The notes beneath the pieces were generated by a model. That model did no database searches and was not told where the DNA came from. It saw nothing but the letters and a program-made list of their open reading frames with translations. This document shows positions 14,085-25,894 of a stretch of DNA of 64,000 bases, piece after piece. Where the stretch lies: NCBI RefSeq assembly GCF_964355755.1, contig NC_092671.1, positions 14,632,001-14,696,000 of the forward strand. Reading direction: 5' to 3'. The stretch is from Antedon mediterranea (lineage: Eukaryota; Animalia; Echinodermata). How positions within the stretch are numbered: position 1 is the stretch's first letter; every line of letters starts with the position of its first letter. The translations under genes were made by a program, and so were the position numbers.

Positions 14085-14467
14085 ATTGGCGTTGTATGGT
14101 GCATGCAACACTCCTGCTGCTCATTATATAGCCGCTAACTTATAAATGCCACACTGGAAGAGAAAAAAGGTCAAATTTTTAATATAGTCTTTCAATAGAA
14201 AATAGATTTACAAAGTCTATATTGTACAGTAGCTATTATGACTTTCTATACACTCTGTTTTCTACTCAATACTATCGCCACCCTCTATTAATTCACAAGC
14301 CTTTTTATTTTATTCATGTTCACTTAGGCAGCGCTCGCCTGATCTATCTATCTTTGTCCAAGTACCTTCACTTGCACTGATATCAGGGCTAGTGTTTGCA
14401 TTTAGATTTATAAATAATATAAACACATTAGACAAAGAAAATTAATTCTAAATATTATATATATATT

Positions 14468-14580
14468 CAGTATATCACCGCCCGGTGATATACTGAAATT
14501 TAATTAATTAATTTGAAACGATCGATAAAGATGAGGAAATCTGTGAGAATGAGAAAAAGTCGCCCCAACCGAGACTCGAA
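14468..14580 (-). mobile_element. Partial tRNA-derived repeat (3' part)
   Basis: Matches the tail and T-arm of the 23965-24083 copy and provides the empty site for the 22144-23962 Helitron. Confidence 0.7.
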
Positions 14581-14680
14581 TGTATATATATATGAGATCA
14601 TGTTCCGAATATGAGCACTGTTTCTATAATTTACAGTATGATTTATAATATAATTTACACAGTGCTACGCAACATCATTG

Positions 14681-14683
<3 letters not shown>

Positions 14684-14714
<31 letters not shown>
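14684..14714. repeat. (TA)n microsatellite at the B/C duplication junction
   Basis: TA run abuts a truncated A-type exon 1. Confidence 0.9.
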
Positions 14715-14717
<3 letters not shown>

Positions 14718-14721
14718 ATAC

Positions 14722-14810
14722 AAATTTACCATGGAACACATTCCAGCTACAAGATAACGCTTCATATTGGCGATGTTGTATGGTGCCAACAACAAACACT
14801 CCTGCTGCTC
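14722..14810 (-). pseudogene. Truncated A-type SLC17 exon 1
   Basis: Matches 8500-8590 (..NMKRYLVAGMCSMV) and then breaks into (TA)n. Confidence 0.85.
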
Positions 14811-15893
14811 GTTATTATAGACGCTAACTTAGAATTGCCACAATGGAAGAGTAGAGGTCAAATTTTATTATTGACGGTTTAATTTGTGTTTTCAATACAC
14901 CTACGCGTCGATTTTTAAGCAGTTATATCGTTTGCATGCATTGATGAATTTGAATAATATATATAACAATAGTCTTTCAATGAAAAATAGATATACAAAG
15001 CCTATATTATACAGTAGCTAATCTGACATTCTTTTTCTTAAAATAAGTTTATTTCAATAAAAAGTTAAATAGCTCCAAAACCTATGTTTAGTTTATACAC
15101 ATGATTTATTTTAACATTTCTTCTTGTAGACAATTATGATGATATGTTTATACACATTTATTTTTTTATAAATCTATAAAATACAATTATAATTTAATTT
15201 GAATGCAATTAGTTCAACTAATAATTCGTTGTTTCTTATAATTTTATCTTTTACTTTGGGTTTGTTCTCTTTTCTGTCTGTGTTTGCCACATTATTGTAT
15301 CTCGTTATTATTTGCATTATATTATGTAATAAATGCTTTATACAAATTCATGAATGCTTTATACAAATTCATGAATGTTCTATTCTCTTTTTGCTGATTC
15401 TTCATTCACATGGTATTCTAATTCTCTTAATGTAGTGATTTCAAAACAAAACAAAGACCAACAATTGTCGATTTCTTTCCAAGTCTCTCAACAATACGAA
15501 CTCGAAGAATTTAGCCTAAATAAACATGAAGACGGCTGCAGTCACCAACAATTATATGCTTATATACTATATACAACTAAGATATATTGTCGCCCTATAC
15601 ATACATATATATATATATATATATATTTAAATTTTTTTGTTGAATATGTCATTTTATTGTCACATAATATTTATTCACTTTTACAAAAAAACTTGAAAAA
15701 ATGTAATTTAAAGCAAAAAATACTTAACTTACTAGTTTTTGGGTCAAATTAACCTTTTATTTTTTTCTCTTTACAAGCGAAATTATTGGTTATCCGCACT
15801 TAGCGGATAACCCCTTGTTATTTTTTTTTTTAGCATGTGCTCTTCATTTTCGACACTTTCTTTAGGCCACAAACTTAATAACCTTCTCGACAG

Positions 15894-18800
15894 TCACTCT
15901 TCAGTATCAACAACTTCGGCGGAAGTATCGTTTATAGAATTATAAGATTTCATTTCTTGTTTGGATATGTTTTCTTCGATGGAATGAAACTGCTCCTCTG
16001 CTTTTGCAAACAACAAAAATATCAACAGTCCAAACAACTGTATTCCCGCAATTATCTTAAACATCAAGTACCACTGATCATGTGTGTTCTGAAAATTAAT
16101 AATAATAATAATATGGTAAGGAACTAAATGGATATGAACAGAATAGGTTCCTTTAATGTAAGCCTACAATACAGTGATTAATATTAGCAAACTATACCTT
16201 TATCTTTAATAATGCGGCAAATAATGATGTCCCAATAAACCCAGTACTACCTCCTAAACATGACATGATTCCTACGATCACTGATGAATAATGTTTCGTT
16301 ATGTCCAATACGTTCGCTATGAAACACGTATTAAAACATCCTAGTAACCCGAATGCTAGTATTAGCATAATCGGACATACTATAGCATTGTCTCTGAAAA
16401 ATCCTATACAAATAAGTAGGAAAGCAGATAACCCCATACCTAAGAAATAGAAATATCATATTAGTAAATTATTCTCATTCTTGGTTGTCATTCTAATTCT
16501 GAAACACTATTATGATACAATGTCAATACAAATACGAACCCATAGACAAGACATTTGGACATCCAAATATAGGTATCGTTCACTACAACTTAGTATTTGT
16601 ATTCAAGTTGTTATTATATCCATGTGTCGTATGTGAAAGTAAACTTTGTTTTTGTCTAAATGCTTGATAATACTCAATTATTATAAGGCTTAAATTAATT
16701 ATAATATAACTTCCTAAAATGAGTGACGTTTTCCATAATAAATCTATGAACGTTTACTGAGAATTGTGAACAGTTTCCTTGCTTGCAAAATTGTCAACAT
16801 TTCACGGCGAATGAAGAAGTCAGCACATACACCAGATAGTAGGCCAAATAAGCATTCCGCAATACCTAGAATCGACATAAGCCACCCAATCTGTAAAATG
16901 TAAGGTATATATAATAATATTATATAATCGAATTTGAACTAAACACTGACGATTTCGTCGTATATACGACGAAATCGTGAGTGGTCTAATGGTTAGGACA
17001 TCTGCATATCAAGCAGGAACGTTCCGAATCTCGGTTGGGGCGGCATTTTCTCACATTCTCAAAGATTTTCTCATCCTTATCGTTTCAAATTAATATTCAT
17101 TATATCCCCGGCCGGCTAGAATTCTTCTATGCTCATGTAACGTATTACAATATAGGCCTTTGTCACAACAACCAGATTGTCACCGTCGACTCTTATTTTC
17201 ATTTTTCAAAAATACGTTATCTATTATAGACTTACCGTTTTTAAATTAAATCCTAAGACTTCTGAGATAAAGATCGGTGCTTCAGTAATAAGAAAAGTAA
17301 AACTAAAAACGTTGCTAGTGTAAGCAATCACTACCGCCCAAACAGCTGATGACTTCAGCATACTTAACCATGGAACCGATATTTTCTATATGACAAAAAA
17401 CCCGATTTAAAATTGTTATTTTTATATATCTTATTTTATGTTTGCTATAATTAGGCCTATCAGACTGATCACTTTACATACAACTTCATACAAAGATATA
17501 AACCGTACCTTATTTTTCTCTCCATCTTCAGTGTCAAACCCTTTTAAGTATTCGACCTCGTTACTCGATATACACGGATCTTCATCAGGAGTTTCGTAAA
17601 TTATGAAAGTCCATAATATTGCAGTAACAGATCCAAAGGCACCTAAATAAAATTAAATTGTTGCCAATTTCAGGGGTGTAAACGTTACCTCCTAATATGA
17701 GGAGGTAATGTCAATAATAGTTTGTTTCACTTTAAACAATAAATAAAAATAAGTAAAATACAAAAATAATATTGTTCAAGTTACTGTATGTATAAAATGA
17801 CAACGGCCATCCACCGAGTTTGTATGCAGAACAAATCCAAACAGACATTGGGTTACAGATAACCTCAGCTAAAGCCATACCTGTATAAAAAGAACGTTCA
17901 ACGATTTGGTGTGAATAACAAGTGAATGAAGAAAAATTATCGGTCACAATGACATCGTATAACTTTATTTCTAAATTAAGGACATAATAGCCATGTGGAA
18001 CGTGTAATATATTACGTTGATGACAGCTAACGATCGCAAACATATTACTGTATTAAGCTTTAATGTCTATTTACCGAAATAGCCAATGGACACAAGTGTA
18101 CTTCGTTCATGTGGAACAGACCAGTTTGCCAGTATACCCAACATTGCCGGATTGTGTAATCCCTGAAATTAAATGTTTTCTTTTGGTTTTTGTGGTCATA
18201 ACTTACAGTGAATTGTAAATGCTATAAACGCTATAACGCCATGCGTCTAAATGTAAATGAAAGCTAAAAAGAAGTACAGTATGGCATCAATATGAAATAA
18301 ATGCTAACCTTAGTCTAGGTTCTAGACGGAGTTTTGACTTAATGCTAGTAAAAAAAAAAATATTGTTTCATACGTATGTTGCTTAATCTTGTATTTTCAG
18401 ACAAAAATTAAAAAACCGAGTGGTGGACTAACATAAGAAAGACAATAACTATAGACTTGAGGCAAGTCTATACTAACCTGTGCAATGCCGTCTAGTACAC
18501 GTAGAACTATTAGAAGATTACTGCTAACTCCAGCTGACCAAGGTATCAGTGCTGTAAGAATACTTGACGAAAGAAGTGAAAATAGAATAACTCGTTTTCC
18601 ACCAAGTCTGTGCGTCACCATTCCTCCAAGAAGTGCTGATAGGCTATACCCATAGTAAGCAGCACCAAGTATCATTTGACGTGTTTTTTCATCCCAGGCG
18701 TATCTTGGGATCTATTGACAGTAACAAAATTGGTTTAAAAAGGTCACGCATGTCATCCTTCTGTAGTGATACCGTACGTATACCCATCATGCATGTGGAG

Positions 18801-20331
18801 AGTATTTTACAACGCTAAATAAAACGTTTGTAGACTAATCAGTGCAATTATTATTTACAGTTAAACATACAATATAACATATTATATTTAGATTATACAA
18901 GCATAGCATCAGCCTCCCCACTTTTCCACAAGTTTAGCTTTGTCAGATGTTCAGATTATAAACGTAGGATTGTACCCACTTTCCCACACGTTTCGCATGA
19001 CGTTGTTCTAAAATGGTAGGTACCCCCGCATCCCCTATTGAATTACCCACGTTTCAAGTTTAACTTGATACATCTAGCCTTGCCAGGTTATTAACGATGG
19101 AATTAACATACAAACCATTTAATGGTTAAAATTATTATTTCTTTTGTTTATTTGAATTAATGATTAATTCAAATAAACAAAAGGAATAATAATTTTGCTT
19201 TGAAGCTTCTATATATAAATTTACGTAAGGGCAAAATTCGGTAAATCGCGCGTTATTTCTAGAATGTTTACTCGATGGTATATAAAGTTGGTTAGAATCT
19301 CGGTACTGATTTTAACCACCTGATGTAACCCATGTTTACTAATTAAATTTAGTTAGATAATTAGTTATTGACAATTAAAACGAATTTAGGTTCAACGATT
19401 TGCCCCATATAGGGGTGTTTTCCGATCGTGGTATACACTGTCTAAGATGGATGTCCTCATGAAAAATACCTGCATACTAATACGAGGATACTTCGTATCT
19501 CCTTCTACGATAATTGTTTTAATAGTAGATTACTGACAGTTGCTTCTCAAACGTTTGTATTAATTAATAATTATAAAAAATATAAACGTCGTAGTAGTGT
19601 ATCGTTACCTGTACGTTACTATTTCAATCGACTATAACAGGGACAGTTTTAAAAAAGTATTATAAATCGTAAATGTTTTACTGTGTTTAGTGGTATATTA
19701 TTGATAAGCCTATAAAACAATATTTCGTTACTGACTGGATAGAGAATATATTTAAAAATTGTTCTTCCCATCCTCTTCCCCATCCCTCAACTCTAATATA
19801 TATATACAAAACACAAATTGGGTTTGTTTAAATGAGTTTAAATAAAAAATTGGACTCATTTTTAAGACGCTGAAATTACTGTGTATTCGAGAACCATCTG
19901 TGGACACGACCTATGATACGGTACGCGAGAATACAATTCTCGCACTTTTTGGGGAATCATTTCTCGAAGAGTAGTTTACCCCTTTATAAGATTACCTCAA
20001 ACAAAGGGAATTTCATAGTTAGACCTACTCGAAATCTTAAAAACTTACACTCCAATTTAAGACAAAATAAAAGGAAATACATGTGTAAAATCCTATAAAT
20101 TTCGGCGCTAGTTTCTTCATTTGATAAATTATACGTTATTTTATTTTTTAAACTTACCTCTGTTTTAATAATTTTAGACCATGTAGCCGTTGTTGTCAGA
20201 GTGACATTTAAAGCGTTGTCTTCGGTAGAATTTTGAACCATTTTGATTATGGCAATATTGAGATTCAGTCTTATGCAATACAAAGACAACCTTACCATGG
20301 AACACATACCAGCTATAAGATAACGCTTCAT
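15894..20331 (-). CDS. SLC17/sialin-like transporter, copy C (9 exons)
   Basis: Near-identical to B in exons and introns at an offset of ~6.2 kb. Confidence 0.85.
16980..17120 (+). mobile_element. tRNA-derived repeat (duplicate of the 10775 copy)
   Basis: Same sequence and same intron position as in B. Confidence 0.75.
19208..19929 (+). mobile_element. Non-autonomous Helitron, 3' terminus deleted
   Basis: Begins TCTATATATAAATTTACG. Same insertion site as 12952-13680 but lacks the 3' half of the hairpin and the CTAG. Confidence 0.85.
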
Positions 20332-20561
20332 ATTGGCGTTGTATGGTGCATGCAACACTCCTGCTGCTCATTATATAGCCGCTAACTTATAAATGCCACA
20401 CTGGAAGAGAAAAAAGGTCAAATTTTTAATATTGACCTTTCATCTACGTCGCGGTTAGTCTTTCAATAGAAAATAGATTTACAAAGTCTATATTGTACAG
20501 TAACTATTATGACTTTCTATACACTCTGTTTTCTACTCAATACTATCGTCACCCTCTATTA

Positions 20562-21890
20562 TAGCCTGGGTGCAGTACAAATTTTGCGGGAAAAAAGTAT
20601 AGGAAAATTTTTTTCTTTTTTTTCTTATAGAGTATACCATATAGAATGGCAGAAAAAAAATCCCCATCCCAGGGTCTTGGGGAAAATTTTTTACGGCACT
20701 TTTAAATTTTGGCCTATATAACACACACAAATGCCTATTAACACACACAAATACCTATATATAGGGGATAGGGAAAACCAATTCACATTTTTTTTTACTT
20801 GGAGTTGTGTTATGATGATTAAAATTTGCTGAGGCTTACTTTAATAACTACTTCTCATAGTAGTTGATAAATCGAGTCGATAACAATGACATCATCATGC
20901 CAGAATCCAATATGGCGTCCAATTTGGCGGAAAAAAGAGGGCATTGCTAAACCCCCAAAAACCCTTGCAAACCTAAAAAAAAGCATAGCAAACCCCACCG
21001 AACCAACATAAAAGTGATTGAATCATATAGTGTACGACCCACTGGGTATATCCATGTAAAAAAAAAAATTAAATTTTTACTGTTAACTACTTATTTTTGG
21101 GATAAAACATCATTTTTTGGTCAAAAATGATTGCTAAACCCTGCAAACCTCCAAAAAAACATAGCAAACCCCACCGAACCAACATAATAAAAGTGATTGA
21201 ATCATGTAGTGTACGACCCACTGGGTATATCCATGTTTTAAAAAAATAAAATTTCTACTGTTAACTACTTATTTTTGGGGTAAAACATCATTTTTTGGTA
21301 AAAAATGATTGCTAATTTTTAACCAAAAAATGATGTTTTATCCCCAAAATAAGTAGTTAACAGTAGAAATTTTAATTTTTTTTTAGATGGACATACCCAG
21401 TGGTTCGTACACTCCATGATTCAATCACTTTTATGTCGGTTCGGTGGGGTTTTCTATGTTTTTTTTTTAGGTTTCCAGGGGTTTGCGGGGGTTTAGCAAT
21501 ACCCTGTTTTTCTCGCCAAATTGGACGCCATATTGGATTCTGGCATGATGATGTCATCGTATCGACTTGATTTATCAACTACTATGAGAAGTAGTTATTA
21601 AAGTAAGCCTCTACTAATTTTAATCATTAAAACACAACTGCAAGTAACAAAAACTGTTAATTGATTTTCCCTATCCCCTATATATAGGTATTTGTGTATG
21701 TTAATAGGAATTTGTGTGTGTTATATAGGCCAAAATTTAAAAGTGCCATAAAAAATTTTCCCCAAGACCCTGGGATGGAGATTTTTTTTCGGACATTCTA
21801 TATGGTATACTCTATTAGAAAAACCCCAAAAAAATTTTCCTATACTTTTTTCCCGCAAATGTGTATAATAATTGTTCTGCACCCAGGCTA
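20562..21890. mobile_element. Fold-back non-autonomous DNA transposon (Academ-like termini)
   Basis: TAGCCTGGGTGCAG...CTGCACCCAGGCTA with ~550-bp inverted arms. TTA duplicated at 20559-20561 and 21891-21893. Empty site CCCTCTATTAATTCAC at 14281-14296. Confidence 0.9.
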
Positions 21891-22143
21891 TTAATTCACC
21901 AGCCTCGTGCCTCTTTTAAGTTGTATTTTTTTTTATTCATGTTCACTCAGGCAGCGCTTGCCTGACTATCTATACCTTCACTTGCACTGATATCAGGGCT
22001 AGTGTTTGCCTTTAGATTTATATATATTATATATAAACACATTAGGCAAAGAACATTAATTCTAAATGTAAATATATATATAAACAAATCAGGCAAAGAA
22101 CATTAATTCTAAACCGCCCGGTGGTATACTGAAATTTAATTAA

Positions 22144-23962
22144 CTAGATGGCACGCTCGCTTCGCTCGCGTACCATCTAGGTCGTGCCCACAGATGGTTC
22201 TCGAATACACAGTATTTCCAGCGAGAAAAAAATGGAGATTTCAAATGTACGTACCGCAGGACTATAATACATTGTCGTTTACAGAAACGAATAAATATAC
22301 ACAATGATTTATGTAGTCAACCAAAATTAGCACCCTGGGAATTACTTCCGAGAGAGAAACAAAATGAGTCAAATTTTTTTATTTGGACTCATTTAAACAA
22401 ACCCAATTTGTGTTTTGTATGTAACATTAAGGGTTGAGGGATGGGGGAAGAAGATAGGTACAAAGAGGAAACATTTTAAAATATATTCTTATCCACTCAG
22501 TAACGAAATATTGTTTTAATGTTTTATAGGCCTATAAATAATATACCACTAAATACAGTAAAACATTTACGATTTAATACGGTACTTTGTTAAAACTCTC
22601 ACTGTCATAGTCGATTGAAATAGTAAAGTACATGTAACGATACACCACTACGACGTTTATATATTTTTAAATTATTAATTAATACAAACGTTGAGAAGCA
22701 ACTGTCAGTAATAACGTTTATTTATTTGTATATTATATGTTTATAATCTAACAGTAGGGCCTACCTACACTCACAGTAATAAAGTTTATTTGTATATATT
22801 TTTATATTACATCTAACAGTACCAACACTCACAGTAAGAAATTTGCGATTCAAATTGGGATCAAAAGTGGTTAATACCTTAACAGTATTGTACAGCATTG
22901 CAATACTATTTATGTTTATTCTCCAAGGGGGCCCATAAATCTAAATCTATACCTCTATGGTTAAACCAAATAATTTGGAATGTTTATTTGTATATTATAT
23001 GTTTATAATCTAACAGTAGGGCCTACCCACACTCACAGTAATAAAGTTTATTTGTATATATTTTTATATTACATCTAACAGTACCAACACTCACAGTAAG
23101 AAATTTGCGATTCAAATTGCGATCAAAAGTGGTTAATACCTTAACAGTATTGTACAGCATTGCAATACTATTTATGTTTATTCTCCAAGGGGGCCCATAA
23201 ATCTAAATCTATACCTCTATGGTTAAACCAAATAATTTGGAATGTTTATTTGTATATTATATGTTTATAATCTAACAGTAGGGCCTACCCACACTCACAG
23301 TAATAAAGTTTATTTGTATATATTTTTATATTACATCTAACAGTACCAACACTCACAGTAAGAAATTTGCGATTCAAATTGCGATCAAAAGTGGTTAATA
23401 CCTTAACAGTATTGTACAGCATTGCAATACTATTTATGTTTATTCTCCAAGGGGGCCCATAAATCTAAATCTATACCTGTATGGTTAAACCAAATAATTT
23501 GGAATGTTCCATTCATCACAAATCAATACATTTGTATAATCGTATATTAAATCTATCAAAATAGTATTTTTTAAAGAAAATCGGCCTGTCTTCAACATTA
23601 TGATGGTGTACTCTAGCTGTTCAACCGGTTTTCAGCTATTAAAAACAATTATCGTAGGAGGAGATAGAAAAATGCGAAGCCTCCTCGCATTTTTTTGGTG
23701 GGTATTTTTCAAGATGGACATCCATTAGACAGTGTATACCACGATCGGAAAACACCCCTATTTGGGGCAAATCGTTGAACCTAAATTCGTTTTAATCGTC
23801 AATAACTAATTATCTAACTCAATTTAATTAGTAAACAGGGTTACATCAGGCGGTTAAAATCAGTACCGAAAGTACGAACCAACTTTACATACCATCGAGT
23901 GAAAATTCTAGAAGTAAGGCGCGATTTACCGAATTTTGCCCTTACGTAAATTTATATATAGA
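22144..23962 (-). mobile_element. Non-autonomous Helitron with both termini and an internal tandem repeat
   Basis: Minus strand reads A|TCTATATATAAA ... hairpin ... CATCTAG|T. Inserted between A and T with no TSD; empty site at ~14500-14512. Confidence 0.92.
22720..23508. repeat. 3 x 262-bp tandem repeat inside the Helitron
   Basis: GGTTAAACCAAATAATTTGGAA recurs at 22959, 23221 and 23483. Confidence 0.95.
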
Positions 23963-24011
23963 TTAATTTTATACGATAAAGATAAGGAAATCTGAGAGAA
24001 TGAGAAAAAGT

Positions 24012-24083
24012 CGCCCCAACCGAGACTCGAACTCGGACCGCCTGCTTGATATGAAGATGTCCTAACCATTAGACCACTGGGGC
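24012..24083 (-). mobile_element. tRNA-like head (Asp-like) of a repeat; not a functional tRNA
   Basis: GCCCCAGTGGTCTAATGGTTAGG...CCGAGTTCGAGTCTCGGTTGGGGC: acceptor stem, A-box and B-box/T-arm present, anticodon stem broken. Confidence 0.75.
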
Positions 24084-24819
24084 TTTCATGGTATTGTTCG
24101 AACTCGATTGGATAGCGACTCTTTAACATTCTCGGCGTGTATAAACACATTAGGCAATGAACATTAATTCGAAACCGCCCGGTGATATACTGAAATTTAA
24201 TTAATTAATTTGAAACGGTAAAGATGAGGAAATCTGTGAGAATGAGAAAAAGTCACCCCTTATACATATATCCAGCCACTGATACCCACATCAGCATTGT
24301 CATTTTTTCAGTAATTTGCCTTTAATATGGGCACCATTTAAGTATGATGGGCACAACTTTTGTATGTTTTAATAATAAAAGTTAACATGAGAGTAAGCCT
24401 ATGACGGGCACCACTTTAAGTATGATGGGCACCACTTTAATATTGTTTAATAAAAAAATTAACATGAGCACCTTTGAAGTATGCTGGGTACCAGTTTAGT
24501 ATGTTTTAATAATAAAAATTAAGTTATTTGAAACGGTTATAATATTAAAATCAAGTTTAATTTACGGGTTCCACCAATTCTGCAATGAAGCCCATCAATG
24601 TTCTAAAAATGATTTATATAGTATACGTAAACATAATCAAAAACTGAAAATAATGTTCTTAATATCATAAATATATAACCCTAAAAATTAAGTGTAAAAT
24701 GTCCAACTTTCAATACAGTAGTTATCTTATTACCATGCGAGTATGGGTTGAAGAGATACAAAGAGAAAACTCAATATTAAAACTATAGACTTTTAGAAAG
24801 TATTAAGTTAAGAATTGAA

Positions 24820-24926
24820 TTATAACTTTGTACCATTTCGATTATGGCAATATTAATATTCACTCTCGTAGAAAACAAACAAAACTTTAGTATGGTACAC
24901 ATTCCAGCTACTAAATAACGCTTCAT
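24820..24926 (-). pseudogene. Diverged orphan SLC17 exon 1
   Basis: Translates MKRYLVAGMCTILKFCLFSTRVNINIAIIEMVQS. No matching exons 2-9 seen nearby. Confidence 0.75.
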
Positions 24927-24989
24927 ATTTACGATATCGTCTACGATTTTTCTTTTCTTTCCGTTTTTAATTTATCACTAAGTGAAAGA

Positions 24990-25680
24990 GTTGCTTCAAT
25001 TAACGATCTGTTATAATATTCAATGTACTGTAACTGGTAAGTTTATACATACGTGCGCTGTCCTATTAATGAAACGTTTACGACCACGAACGAATCTACC
25101 AGTATATTAATTATTAATAATAACATTTGAACATTCTATCTTTTAACGATAGTGGTAAGGCCAAGTTTAGCATTTCATTAGGAATTCCGTCAGACGCAGC
25201 AGATTTAGCGTTCTTATGGTTTCGTACAGCCTTATCCATGAGTGTCATCTGTTTAATTAGTTAGAAAAGTAATTCAGCCATTAATTATTAATTTTTATAA
25301 ATGTCATTGCATGTACGGGCGTTCAGATCACCAGAAACAGTACAATGCCCTACTTTGGAGTAAAAGAGCTTCTAACATTTAACGATCTGTTATAATATTC
25401 CATATACTGTAACTGTTAAGTTTATACATACGTGCACTGTCCTATTAATGAAACGTTTACGACCACGAACGAATCTACCAGTATATTAATTATTAAAGTA
25501 TTTTTCTTATTGTTTGGTAATGCCACTTGAAGTTCACTAGACCATAGAGAAAAAAATAGTCCACTCTTTGAAAATCTATTTTCAAGTCTTTCATATTGTT
25601 GCAATAACTTGGTCAGTTGGGTTATAGAATGTAACGTTTTCCATCTAAGAAGTTGGTATGTGACAAAGAAATATAAGAAA
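24990..25680 (-). mobile_element. Scrambled CR1/L2-type LINE fragments
   Basis: Minus-strand peptides SGDLNARTC (endonuclease-like) and KNAKSAASDGIPNEML (pre-RT motif). ~115-bp direct duplication at ~25002-25117 and ~25381-25496. Confidence 0.5.
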
Positions 25681-25752
25681 TCAGCAGCCGGTTATTTATA
25701 GCTGTACGTCATTGTATTTTTTCACACATCACAAAAAATATATAAAGAGTGA

Positions 25753-25894
25753 AGCTCTGTTTACACTATCAAAATAGATTGACAAAAATATTTGTGTCCA
25801 AATATGGTAGTGATATGCTTAAATATGGTAGTGATGACATCATCATGTCCATATATGGACTTATCACATAAAGTTTGACAGTGTAGACAGAGTT
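25753..25894. mobile_element. MITE, ~140 bp (PIF/Harbinger-like)
   Basis: TIR CTCTGTTTACACTATCAAA / TTTGACAGTGTAGACAGAG. Same family as 28645-28782. Confidence 0.75.

Noticed and set aside
15894-18500. Gene conversion of C by A (sites where C matches A rather than B)
   Set aside because: Equally explained by B-specific mutations; needs an outgroup and a formal test.
24012-24083. Functional tRNA gene
   Set aside because: Anticodon arm is mispaired and the sequence is embedded in a multicopy repeat.
24320-24510. Short ATGGGCACCACTTTAAGT repeats
   Set aside because: Degenerate minisatellite with no definable ends or function.
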